Source: Mytilus californianus (taxonomy: Eukaryota). From it: DNA of 64,000 bases. Each line of letters opens with the position of its first letter. The first letter of the stretch is position 1. Location: the NCBI RefSeq assembly GCF_021869535.1, contig NW_026262676.1, positions 620,001 through 684,000 of the forward strand, read 5' to 3'. The translations under genes were made by a program, and so were the position numbers. Below are positions 37,862 through 50,830 of the stretch, in pieces. The notes under the pieces were generated by a model, which saw only the letters and a program-made list of their open reading frames with translations, searched no databases and had not been told where the DNA came from.

Positions 37862-38182
37862 ATGAACAGACGAATCCTACAAAATTCTGTCTTTTTAAAG
37901 ACAATTTACTATGCCGAACCATTTGAAAGAAAGACAATTATTATGGAATATGCAAACCAAGACCAATTAAAGGCAATATGTGATGTTGCTAAAAAAAATC
38001 TACAGGGAAGCATCAACATTAATCAATTTCACAGAGAAAAGTTGAGACAATTCAAAGATGTTATCCGTTCACTCTCATCTCCTCAAATCAACCTAACAAG
38101 AAAGAAACGAACATTGCTAGCTTTCCATCAATTAATTCCACTACTCCTTCACCCAGTCATGCATTTGTTTAATGAAATGTGA
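37862..38182 (+). CDS. Small basic Maverick protein of the type found next to the integrase (106 aa)
   Basis: L..A.P..RK...A..DQLKAICDVA.N...G.I...L pattern. Lacks the usual GGF end. Confidence 0.6.
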   Translation: MNRRILQNSVFLKTIYYAEPFERKTIIMEYANQDQLKAICDVAKKNLQGSININQFHREKLRQFKDVIRSLSSPQINLTRKKRTLLAFHQLIPLLLHPVMHLFNEM

Positions 38183-38353
38183 CTTAGAAATATAAACTAA
38201 TACAAGACTCATTTTGTAACATTATCTGTTTTTGTTCTGAAACTGTTACTTGTAAGTAAATAAAACATTAAATTACATATACATTATTCAATTTGTTGAG
38301 TTTTCATTTCACCATATACATATTAAACTATCCATCTTTTTTCAGAGGTAAAA

Positions 38354-38560
38354 ATGGTAAAAAAGGTTAGTCAAAAGAAAGAAAGTTGATTTCATTTTGA
38401 AAAAGATTTATTATGATCTTCCCACAGCTGGTTCATATCTTGGTCCCGACAAATCGTATCACGTCTTGAAATCCAGGGGTGTCACAAACATTGGCATGCA
38501 CACGGTGAGAAAATGGTTACAGAATCAAGACGACTACAGTTTACAGAAACCAGTTCGTCA
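38354..38560 (+). pseudogene. N-terminal fragment of a Maverick retroviral-type integrase
   Basis: LKKIYYDLPTAGSYLG...VRKWLQNQDDYSLQKPVR. Frameshift after the ATG at 38354. Catalytic core absent. Confidence 0.8.
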
Positions 38561-39510
38561 AATCTTAAGAAAGCAATTCAAAATCATTTAAATCACAGGC
38601 TGTTTAGAACTTTCCACATTCTTTTACTTTTTCTGTCCTGACAAATTGAAATTTAAAAAATAAATTTAGACAAACATTTCACCTTTCTGAAAAAAGTCTT
38701 TTCAACTCTCCTCTTCTTTTAGGAACTTCTAAAGCATTAGGCGGTTCACTAGAAATACATAAAAAAATGATTATTTCAGTGTACATGCATGACAAGAACA
38801 AGATCTATTATAATTTAAAGTATTACTTTAGTTATTGTGAATATGAGCTTAGATACATAATATCTGGTTTCATCCTTTTAAATGACACATTTTGTTTATG
38901 TTTATTTTCTCTTTCTGCAATATGGGTTTCCTTTTCCACTAACATGACTAAAGTATTGTTAATGAAATGAAATGATTCACGATTGTCTTAAATCTTGACC
39001 TGACATAGATGAACTACATTGTGCAAATTTAACAGTGTTCTCTCCTGGTTTTAGATAATGTCATTAATCATGTTATGAACAAGTGTAGACACAGACCTGC
39101 ATTCATAGTATTTAACATTCTGAGAGTATTGCAAGGCAGTACATAGTCCCCTACCAGTTGGAAAACAGTGTTCAAGAACAATATTCAAACCTGATCTGTA
39201 ACTTGTCGTGTTAAATCTATATACCCTAAACCAAATCAATATCTTAAATCATGATGAAAAAAGTGTCGCAAAATGATTGCTTGAATTTTTATGTCGTGGG
39301 ATCCAAGCTATGCAAAAAAATATCAGATCAGAACATGTCATGCTAAAACTTCATACCAAATCTTCAAGCATGACAAAAAAGTGTTAAAAACTGATCTGCC
39401 AGACTGACTGATTGACGGAAGAACCTATGGACAGACAGTGTACAAATCTATAGTCCACTAGGCATTGCCAGTAGGGGAATAATAAGACTCAACTTGTTTT
39501 TTATTAGTAC

Positions 39511-40035
39511 TTACATTGAAATGTCATCCTCATTTACAGTTATATGGATATTTTCCAAATCTTTTCTTTGAGTTTCTGATATACTTTGTCCACTTCCCTG
39601 GGCAAATGAGTATGCTCCTTTTCCAGGTGTCAGGAAAGATGTTACTTTATCCTTTTTGATTACTGGCATTGTTGGTTTAACTCTATTTTCAAATGGTGGA
39701 TATGTAGTCAATTTGTCTCCTTTTATAAATTTCTTATAAAGACTTCCATATCCATAGCACTTTTGTACGTGTTCTGATCCCCTTCTACTGATTATAAAGA
39801 GTGTATCAACTGGATCAAAAATTTGTTCTCTTTCTAATTTAAGAGCAATTTGTTTCAGCTTGGATACAGCTCTTGATTTAGCTGCAGCCAATGCTGTTCT
39901 TTTGTGTTTTCTTTCATCAATTTTGTCTGTATAATTACCTTTCCCCCTGGTTTTTTCTTTTTGTATCTATATGGATGTTTTTTTGCCCGTGGAGAGCTAG
40001 GAGCCTCCACCACTCTCTGCCTCACTTCTGTAACT
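39511..40035 (-). pseudogene. Unidentified coding exon(s) downstream of the large transposase-like gene
   Basis: AG acceptor near 40036. Reading KHKRTALAAAKSRAVSKLKQ...DDISM* with one upstream frameshift. No domain recognised. Confidence 0.3.
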
Positions 40036-40754
40036 TAAAAAGAAAAAATGAAAATTATAAATATGTCATTAAGTGCAAATGCTAAAAATCTTCAATGAAT
40101 TTCTTTCCATGATATGCATTGGGTAAACTTTCTTAATATGTTCCTCAATTAACATTTAGTTGTTATACAGATGTAAATATAAAAAAGAAGATGTGGTGTA
40201 ATTTCCAATGAGACAACTCTTCACAAGGGACCAAATGACATAAGTCATCTCATGTACATTGTGAGATTCATGAATATTTGATTTCATGGTGCTAAGTAAA
40301 TTTATGAGTACTAATAAAATTCTTTAATGGGTTTGCAGTCAATAATATTCCTCAGTAGTTTAGCTTCAAGATAATGTCCTATTGTACTATATAAATCAAT
40401 GTTCAAGTCAACTCTTTGTCTATGACTTGTGCAGTCAACAAATCATTTGTGTGACATGCTGCATGCTCATATGCACAGGTAAAATATTTTCCCCAATAAA
40501 AGCGTATTTATACAGGAGCCAGTAGTTACTGGCAAATCAACCAAATTTATGTATTCTAGCAAATCCCCCAAATAAAACCTTTTATTTTGAACAACATTTT
40601 TTTTCTGAATTGGTGAAAATTTTACAATACAGTCAAACCTGCCTTAACAGTCACCTGCCATGAATGGCCACTTTCAGACCCCCCCAAACGTTTTCTCTAA
40701 ATAATTTAACTCTTTTCAGCGGCCACCTGTCCAAAGCGGCCAGTAGTCACCTTA

Positions 40755-41078
40755 TTTTCGTCAGATTATGTACTGCAAGTGTGTAAAGTTTCATCAATAC
40801 CGATCAAGCTGTTGAGAAGTTGCGCTTACGAGACTTGTTACCACATATGGCAATATTAAACTAAGGTCAATTATCTCCCTTGAAATATTTTGAACCAGGA
40901 TTATTTTCCTTCTTAGGTTGTGTTCTGCAAGTGTGTAAAGTTTCAACAACATTGATTAAGCCCTTTAGAAGGAGCTGCGCTTACGAGACTTGTTACCACA
41001 AATTGGGGTGATTCCTATATACCCCCCCCCCCCCCCCCCCCCCCCCCCCAAACTTTGTTTGTGGGGGTATAAAAAAAG
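40755..41078 (+). mobile_element. pearl/HINE-like element end
   Basis: Duplicated GTGTGTAAAGTTTCA...GCGCTTACGAGACTTGTTACCAC unit, a terminal CCCC...GGGGGTAT hairpin containing a 28-nt C run (41022-41049), and an A-run. Confidence 0.55.
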
Positions 41079-41436
41079 TGAAATGAAAAACTAATGAATA
41101 TATGAATACCTTGCATGTATTCTAATTCTTGTCTTCCTAATAAAAAAAAATCAGGAAGATTAACACACCAACAATCATTATGGCTGTACTTATGGGATAC
41201 ACTAAGATATACATGCGATCTAAAAAAGATAAAGTTATATAACAATTACAACATACATCATGCAATATTTTAAAGACTAGCATTGTAAAAAAGATCATGC
41301 TGATTCACAGTTCATTCATCATGTTCATGACTTTGTAAGAATAATCGAGTTTTGTACATTCATGACAGTCATGACAGTAGAAATTATTAATAGTTATGGG
41401 CCAAGGTATCAGAGAAATTAGGTTGAATTGACAGTG

Positions 41437-44400
41437 TCACATGCTACCAAATAGTATGTCTGACTTTATATCTTGGCATGCGTAACCATGCAAATTGTAC
41501 CTTATTTGATCTTCAAATTCTGTGTCAAGAGTTTCCATGACTCTCTTCAATTCTTCCAAGAAGTTTAGAAGTTTTGTTTTCCCCTTGGTTTTAACCTCCT
41601 GCTCATAGATATAATTGTGGTAGTCAAACTGAAAGGGGTCAGGAATTTTGTTCAACATTTTATGTATTTCTTTTTGGATTTGCTTTATAGTCATATTTCC
41701 AAAGCTTTGCAATTTCTCTCTTTCACTCGGGGTTATTGGTAATGGGTGCTTGAATGTTGATTGTTCTTCAAATATCTCTCCCAGAAATTCTGTTCTTAGC
41801 ATAACTATTCTTTTCTTTGTTGACTCTTGTACAAAGTTTACAAGTCCTTCATCAAGGGCCATTCCGGAGATGGAAGTGTGATCTTTTTCTTTATCCAAAT
41901 AATTGCTCCTACGGAGACAAGTTCTATATGCTGTTATTGCATCCTCAATACCTAGTGGTCTTGATACATATTTGGTGGACTGAATACCAAAAAGGGAAAG
42001 AGAGTGGTCTTTAATTTTTTCTAATGCACGATTGTTTCTGCAGACTGTTTGCCAAATGATATCTGTTGGCATGCCTTTTGGTATCCATGCCTTTAGCTGT
42101 TTATTTTTTTCCTCTAAAACAAAGTCTAAATCTTCACCTGCAGAGGGGTTACCACTTGTAGTAATAGATGCATAAAGGTCATTTAGTTCCCTGACATCGT
42201 CTGGCATCATTCGGTCCTGTATTGTATCGTATAGTTCAATCTTCTGGTACTTAGGGTGGTTCCTGCCATGGAATAGTTCCTTGGTCATGTATTTGGAACT
42301 TTTCATTAAATCTGCATTGTTCCTACGAGTTGCCATTCGAAAATTTACTATTCCCTGTGAGAATTTGCAAACTTGATCTAACATGTATTTGAAATTTTGA
42401 TAATTTCCATATGAGTATTTCTCTATGCTTGATGTCAAGAATCCTTTAGCTGTGGGGGGACATCTAGAAGACAAGCAATTTCTAACATATGGAAGGACAA
42501 GCTCCTGTAAAGAACTCAGATGGAATATGAGTAGCAGGCGCCAACTTTTATGATGGTCCTTACAGGATTTAGCAAACTGCTTAGAGGAATCTGTACAGAA
42601 ACCCATAATTTCACATAAAGTTTCTAAGAATGGAGTCCAGTTCAGTTCAAAAAAGGACTTAACAAGATTCATTTCGTAATGGCCAGCACCAATTCTAAGA
42701 TACATCCAGTCAAACTCATGCATAAACTGTTTCTGTGATCCTTGATGAGTTTGCTCACAATGCCTTTCATACAAATCTCTGGAAAGAAATGATTCATGGC
42801 AGCCTGTTATGGCACAAACTAATGCTTCTTCTTTCAGTTTTTTGATAATTAAGTAAGGCAAACCATCACAACAAACAAACGTTCAATGACGTTTATTCCC
42901 ACCATATCTATGAATTCCATTCTCCTCCCCAATTTTCCTCAAGACAAGTGCGACTGACTTTATACTATTTGGGTTGCAGTACACTGGGTCCGTCAAAACT
43001 AATTCATGTTTTCCTTTATGGTTTGTAGTGATATGGTCATATTGAGTAAATTCAGTTGTGACAGTGCTTACTTTGCTTTGGTCTTCATCGTGAATGAATA
43101 CTAGTTTTGGAATCTTTTCTTTTTTCTTTGGATCAGGTTTTGTGTTTTTCTGGTCAAGTTAAGCCTTTTTGATACCTTCCCTTTCATCACAGCCAGTACA
43201 TTTCTGTTTTCTTTTTGAATTGAGGGTGCCACATGAGGCACATTTGATGTAATTTTCTTCAACAATATCCTGTCTAACTTTTAAGTCAATTGGATCTTCA
43301 AAACAACCATCCATGTCTTGCTGTTCAGCAAGTACAACTTCAATAGCATGGTCTATAAAATGATAAAGCTGTTCATTATGGTCAGTTTCCATTTTAACAT
43401 ACAGTTCACTGACTTGATCAATCATACAATTTATCACAGATCTTAGCTTGACTTCCTTATCATTATGATATGAACTATTTTCTCCATTTTCACTTTTATC
43501 CTCAGATGATGATTTATTCGTCATGACATTATGGCCCTGAAGATTCAGTTTCACTTCAGGTTTAAGAGCTAGCTCATCTTGCAGTGTTTTACCAATAGAG
43601 TGCATGTTTAATTCTAAAAATCCTTTGTTGGTTATAACAGAAACGGGTACCTTATTGCCAGGTTTAATTGAATAAGTTTTGCCAACTACCTGTTCATTGT
43701 CAAATACATTCATTAAATCATTAGATGGAAGTTGTACTGGTTGACTTCCCTGATCTTTCAGCCAGTTTGTGACAGTTTTATAATGACCTGAAGGACTTGA
43801 GTTTCCAAAGATATCAACGACAACCTTGCTACCTGTCATGGCATATGATGTGAGGTTTGCTAAGAATGATACTGGGGAAATCAAATTTCTGCTGCATAAA
43901 TAATATATGTGTTCTACTGCACGTGATACTATGAGAGCATCTCTGGGATTTTTTTCAAGAGCATTGACACCACAACCAGCTAGGCCAAGTAAATATGCCG
44001 TGACACTTTGGTCTCTCTTCTTCACCCAATCAAAGATGTCAAAACTGGACATTGCTTCCATGTCTTTGTACATAAGGAAAAAAGAATCAGCATCTCTGGA
44101 AATGGATTGTTTTTGTTTCCTTCCTAAACATTCACACAAAATTGATAAACTGTTTGTTGGTAATAGATCTAAAAATTTGGAAAAGAAATCATCATGCTGT
44201 TCTTTGCTACTGCTTGATATGACATGTTGAATATGTTTTAAAAGAAGCATTATATCAGTTGTTTGGTTTGCATTCCCAAAATTTACAGTAATTACTCCAT
44301 TGTCTGTCGGACCCAAATCTTGGCTCATATTCTCAGATATATCACACCCTTGTATATAGTCAATGGAATCTTGATTTTCAATGTTGACATGTTTCAACTT

Positions 44401-44766
44401 TCTTTTCTTTGGTCTACCTTTGGCAGATGGCTCATTGATAAAACATATCACACAATCCTTACTATGAGGAAGGTAAAATTTTAATTTAATTGATTGTAAT
44501 GTTTGTAAAGATGAAATGTCTGTCCCACTTCTGTATCTGTATAAATGTCTTGAACATGTGTGGCACACATATAATGGGAAGATTTCCTTTGGTTCACCCT
44601 CAACATTTATGCCAAATAAAGCTAAAATTTCCCTTGCAAAAGATAGTTTGTTATACTGCTTCGAAATTACTTTATGACATAAGCGACAAAAGTTATTAAG
44701 TTTATCAATATGTTTTTTAAGCTCATCTGAACATTCAATTAATACAGCAGACTGCAGTCCAGCCAT
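41437..44766 (-). pseudogene. 1109-codon transposase-like gene with a RAG1-N/Chapaev-type zinc motif and an Academ/DUF6589-like core; two nonsense mutations
   Basis: Both track ORFs share one frame, interrupted only by TAA (43159-43161) and TGA (42883-42885). Motifs: H..L..FCRLC...P.YVCHTC...HSKDCVIC, GRPKKRK, VFDNEQ, CASC..CTGC, CCDGLPY, GAGHYEMN, GEDLDFVLEEKNK. Confidence 0.75.
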
Positions 44767-45267
44767 TTTAAATTTTTATTATCTGATTGTGCATATAAAT
44801 GCCATATCAGCACAACGAACAAGAAAAAATGAATGTCTATTCTGCAGGATAAAGTCAAATGAAAGTAATCTTGAGGAAAACAAAACAACTAAAACTCTCA
44901 GTGTCTGAAATGGTATTAATACTATGATTGATTTTCTTTGTGAAATCACAGAAAAAATGGTGAGGTTAATAAAGTGTTAATATTTATATATACAATGCAT
45001 ACAGAAAGTAATGAGACAAAGGAGAAGCTTCAGGACATGAATTAAAACACTTATTCATTCAATTCTATGCGTACTTTACATGTACATGTATTATGATAAA
45101 CAAATGCAATGGATCTTTAGCACTCACAGGCATGATAGACAACTGTTTGTTTTTAATGACAACAGAGACAACCCCATGATATTGCAATAATAATTACTAA
45201 GTCAATATAGACTGGCCTTAGTGGACACTGCAATCAGTCATGGATACATATGTAAGAACTAAAGAAT

Positions 45268-46215
45268 AAATTGCTTCGCTAAGCGCAGCTCGATACGCCC
45301 GCAGAGGTCCAACCATGAACAGTTGGGGCAAAAATGGAAACAATATTCAAGTTTGATACAGGTCTGAATTTGGATTGTATTAAATATTTGACATATTATA
45401 GGTTTCTGAAAAAAGTAGTCAGAGAACTTGAAATTGGTTATATGAATTGAATTTATATTCAATTAAAGACTTCTTGCTGTTGTGCAATACACTGTGCTGT
45501 TGCGCAATACTTAGTAAATCTGTTGTCAGACTATAAACAATTAAAGTTCAATCAATTCTCAATGTCATATTAGAAATTTATGAAAATGTAAAGGGAGCTT
45601 ACATCAATAGATATAAACAATTCACCAAAGTTTCATGAGAATTGCTGACAGCATTTTTGAGTTATTGTCCGAAAACTGGAAAATCCCCCCTTTTTTAATG
45701 AATAAAACCCCATAACTCAGAAATGTAAAATGTAAAATTTATAAAATTCTAAATGGAGCTTACATCAATAGATATAAACAATTCACCAAAGTTTCATAAG
45801 AACTGCTGAAGGGATTTTTGATTTTTTGTCCAAAAACTGGAAAATCCTCCTTTTTTTATGAATAAAACCCTGTAACTCGGAAACGTAAAAACTCAAATAT
45901 AAATAAATCAAAAGGGAGCCCATGTCAATAGATATAAACAATTCACCACAATTTCTTGCAAGTTGGTGAAAGCATTCTTGATTTATTGTCCGAAAACTTG
46001 AAAATCCCCCTTTTTTTAATGAATAACACCCCATAACTTGGAAACGTAAAATCTAAAATTTATAAAAACGAAAAGGAACTAAAGTCAATAGATATAAACA
46101 ATTCACCAAAGTTTTATGCAAATTGGTTAAAGCGTTTTGGGGTAAATATCCGAAATGTTGACGAGGGACGGACAACGGTATACCATAATACATCCCATAA
46201 ACAGGCGTATAAAAA
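45268..46215 (+). mobile_element. pearl/HINE (Helentron-associated) element with an internal ~160-bp tandem array
   Basis: 5' module shared with 56424. About 3.5 internal repeats from 45590. GACGGAC motif, terminal hairpin and TATAAAAA end. Confidence 0.7.
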
Positions 46216-49200
46216 CTGGACTTGTACTGTCCTTTGACAATAGGCTCCAATAAATTAACTGCCCTATACATACCAAGGTGGTCAGGTGTGTTCCTTGTCA
46301 TGTCTGTACCTTGTAATCCTGGGGAGTTCATTGTTAAACTGAAAAATTTAACATAGTGTACATTAATTTAATGCCATGAATAGTTTAGCATGACACAACA
46401 ATCCTGTAACCAAATAAAAGAAACTGCCATGATATAAAATATAAGAATGGTCAAAGTTCTTATTTCATTTACCTATTTAAGTAAAGACTTCTTTCTTTTT
46501 CAAGTAAATTTAACATGTGTTTATTTTTTCTCTCTAGTCAGTTAAAAGATATTGCAGTTTCTTCAATTTTCATACTGATATTCTTATAACACCTATATTC
46601 TTGCTACGATATCTGTTCATTTATCATGGCAAACTCTAACACAATGTCTTTCTTGATAAAGAATAAACCTAAGTGTATCATTTAATTGTACATGTACTAA
46701 ATGTATGCAGATCTGTGCAAGTTTGACACATATAAATTCATGTATGATGCTCAACCTTCATATATAAAATTTCATTAAAACCTGTTCAATGATTTAGAAT
46801 GAGTTGTGCTTACAAGGTACGTGGACATATGGACAGATTAAGTGACTTGGAAATACCTAAACATCAAGGTGTTCTCCTTTTAGAGTAAGAAATAAAGGAC
46901 GGATGTAATAAAATAGATTTTTTTTGTTGACAAACAAAATTTGTGAGAAACTGAAATATTTCATCCAAATAATTTTCAATTAAAACATCTATTTAATTTA
47001 TTTATTTCTTTACCTACACAGGTTTAGATTTTTTTACCTGTTTAGGTAAAGATTTCATACCAAATGGCTTAAATATAAGACAACAATATGGCTATGTTGC
47101 ATTTAGGTCAATTCCATATTGTTTCATCAGATGAATGGTTTTATTAAATTTTGACTGTCACAATTACAGCAGCTGAAGCAGAAAACAAATAAAATGTAAC
47201 CAAATAAAAGAATCTGCCATGATATAAAATTTAAGAATGGTGAAAGTTCTTATTTCATTTACCTATTTAAGTAAAGATTTCTTTCTTTTTCAAGTAAATT
47301 TAACATGTGTTTATTTTTTCTCTCTAGTCAGTTAAAAGATATTGCAGTTTCTTCAATTTTCATACTGATATTCTGATAACACCCATATTCTTGCTACGAT
47401 ATCTGTACATTGATCATGGCAAACTCAAACACAATGTCTTTTTTGATTAAAAATAAACCTTGTATCATTTAATTGTACATGTACTAAATGTATGCAGATC
47501 TGTGAAGTTCGACACATATAAATACATGTATGGTGCTAAACTTTCATATATAAAATTTCATTTAAACCCATTCAATGATTTAGAATGAAATGTGCATACA
47601 AGGTACATGAACATATGGACAGATTAAGTGACTTGGAATACCTATACATCAACATGATCAAGGTGTTCTCCCTTTAGAGTAAGAAATGAAGGAAGGATGT
47701 AATAAAATAGATTTTTTTTTTGACAAACAAAATTTGTGAGAAACTGAAATATTTCATCCAAATAATTTTCAATTAAAACATCTATTTAATTTATTTATTT
47801 CTTTACCTACATAGGTTTAGATTTTTTTACCTGTTTAGGTAAAGATTTCATACCAAAATGAAATGGCTTAAATATAAGACAACAATATGGCTATGTTGCA
47901 TTTAGGGCAATTCCATATTGTTTCATCAGATGAATGGTTTTAATAAAATTTGACTGTCACAATTACAGCAGCTGAAGCAGAAAACAAATAAACTGTAACC
48001 AAATAAAAGAATCTGCCATGATATAAAATATAAGAATGGTCAAAGTTCTTATTTCATTTACCTATTTAAGTAAAGACTTCTTTCTTTTTCAAGTAAATTT
48101 AACATGTGTTTATTTTTTCTCTCTAGTCAGTTAAATATATTGCAGTTTCTTCAATTTTCATACTGATATTCTGATAACACCCATATTCTTGCTACGATAT
48201 CTGTTCATTTATCATGGCAAACTCTAACACAATGTCTTTCTTGATAAAGAATAAACCTAAGTGTATCATTTAATTGTACATGTACTAAATGTATGCAGAT
48301 CTGTGAAAGTTTGACACATATAAATACATGTATGGTGCTCAACCTTCATATATAAAATTTCATTAAAACCCATTCAATGATTTAGAATGAGTTGTGCATA
48401 CAAGGTAAATGAACATATGGACAGATTAAGTGACTTGGAAATACCTATACATCAACATGATCAAGGTGTTCTCCCTTTAGAGTAAGAAATGAAGGAAGGA
48501 TGTAATAAAATAGATTTTTTTTTTGACAAACAAAATTTGTGAGAAACTGAAATATTTCATCCAAATAATTTTCAATTAAAACATCTATTTAATTTATTTA
48601 TTTCTTTACCTACACAGGTTTAGATTTTTTTACCTGTTTAGGTAAAGATTTCATACCAAATGGCTTAAGTATAAGACAACAATATGGCTATGTTGCATTT
48701 AGGGAAATTCCATATTGTTTCATCAGATGAATGGTTTTAATAAAATTTGACTGTCACAATTACAGCAGCTGAAGCAGAAAACAAATAAACTGTAACCAAA
48801 TAAAAGAATCTGCCATGATATAAAATATAAGAATGGTCAAAGTTCTTATTTCATTTACCTATTTAAGTAAAGATTTCTTTCTTTTTCAAGTAAATTTAAC
48901 ATGTGTTTATTTTTTCTCTCTAGTCAGTTAAAAGATATTGCAGTTTCTTCAATTTTCATACTGATATTCTTATAACACCTATATTCTTGCTACGATATCT
49001 GTTCATTTATCATGGCAAACTCTAACACAATGTCTTTCTTGATAAAGAATAAACCTAAGTGTATCATTTAATTGTACATGTACTAAATGTATGCAGATCT
49101 GTGCAAGTTTGACACATATAAATTCATGTATGATGCTCAACCTTCATATATAAAATTTCATTAAAACCTGTTCAATGATTTAGAATGAGTTGTGCTTACA

Positions 49201-50683
49201 AGGTACGTGGACATATGGACAGATTAAATGACTTGGAAATACCTAAACATCAAGGTGTTCTCCTTTTAGAGTAAGAGAAAATGGACGGATGTAATAAACA
49301 TGATAAAACAGATTTTTTTTTTGTTGACAAACAAAATTTGGGAGAAACTGAAATATTTCATCCAAATCATTTTCAATTAAAACATCTATTTAATTTATTT
49401 ATTTCTTTACCCACACGGGTTTAGATTTTTTTTACCTGTTTAGGTAAAGATTTCATACCAAATGGCTTAAGTATAAGACAACAATATGGATATGTTGCAT
49501 TTAGGGCAATTCCATATTGTTTCATCAGATGAATGGTTTTATTAAATTTTGACTGTCACAATTACAGCAGCTGAAGCAGAAAACAAATAAAATGTAACCA
49601 AATAAAAGAATCTGCCATGATATAAAATATAAGAATGGTCAAAGTTCTTATTTCATTTACCTATTTAAGTAAAGACTTCTTTCTTTTTCAAGTAAATTTA
49701 ACATGTGTTTATTTTTTCTCTCTAGTCAGTTAAAAGATATTGCAGTTTCTTCAATTTTCATACTGATATTCTGATAACACCCATATTCTTGCTACGATAT
49801 CTGTACATTTATCATGGCAAACTCAAACACAATGTCTTTCTTGATTAAAAATAAACCTTGTATCATTTAATTGTACATGTACTAAATGTATGCAGATCTG
49901 TGAAGTTCGACACATATAAATACATGTATGGTGCTAAACTTTCATATATAAAATTTCATTTAAACCCATTCAATAATTTAGAATGAGTTGTGCATACAAG
50001 GTACATGAACATATGGACAGATTAAGTGACTTGGAAATACCTATACATCAACATGATCAAGGTGTTCTCCCTTTAGAGTAAGAAATGAAGGAAGGATGTA
50101 ATAAAATAGATTTTTTTTTTAACAAACAAAACTTGTGAGAAACTGAAATATTTCATCCAAATAATTTTCAATTAAAACATCTATTTAATTTATTTATTTC
50201 TTTACCTACATAGGTTTAGATTTTTTTACCTGTTTAGGTAAAGATTTCATACCAAATGGCTTAAATATAAGACAACAATATGGCTATGTTGCATTTAGGG
50301 CAATTCCATATTGTTTCATCAGATGAATGGTTTTAATAAAATTTGACTGTCACAATTACAGCAGCTGAAGCAGAAAACAAATAAACTGTAACCAAATAAA
50401 AGAATCTGCCATGATATAAAATATAAGAATGGTCAAAGTTCTTATTTCATTTACCTATTTAAGTAAAGACTTCTTTCTTTTTCAAGTAAATTTAACATGT
50501 GTTTATTTTTTCTCTCTAGTCAGTTAAATATATTGCAGTTTCTTCAACTTTCATACTGATATTCTGATAACACCCATATTCTTGCTACGATATCTGTTCA
50601 TTTATCATGGCAAACTCTAACACAATGTCGTTCTTGATAAAGAATAAACCTAAGTGTATCATTTAATTGTACATGTACTAAAT

Positions 50684-50830
50684 GCCCCCCGGTGGATCGC
50701 TATCCTTGCCGTGGTCGGGGGGTTTGCGTGTCTCAGTGACCCCAAGAGCTATGCCAGCTGGAGCTTCGTCTCCTGGTAGGGTTACCCATGCTGGACAGGT
50801 CGAAGGGTAGAGACCAGACTAAAGTGATCC
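50684..50830 (+). ncRNA. Candidate HDV-like self-cleaving ribozyme at the LINE 5' end
   Basis: P1 (G)CCCCCCG with CGGGGGG(T). P2 GGATCGCT with AGTGATCC. Imperfect P3 around L3 TTGCCGT. Long P4. C50819-TAA before the P2 3' strand. Confidence 0.6.

Larger units (their letters stand above)
36232..38560 (+). mobile_element. Left end of a Maverick/Polinton (adintovirus-like) element
   Basis: AGTAGT terminus at 36232. Repeated GA(C/T)GTCACAACAGGTG at 36288 and 36342. Compact, intronless, co-oriented ORFs ending in an integrase N-terminus. Confidence 0.8.

Noticed and set aside
41022-41049. 28-nt C homopolymer (G-quadruplex potential; ORF 41015-41245)
   Set aside because: It is an expanded arm of a HINE terminal hairpin, its length is unreliable in assemblies, and the ORF is spurious.
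41437-44766. True RAG1/ProtoRAG transposon
   Set aside because: No RING, no RAG1/Transib core motifs, no convergent RAG2-like gene and no RSS-like TIR were recognised.
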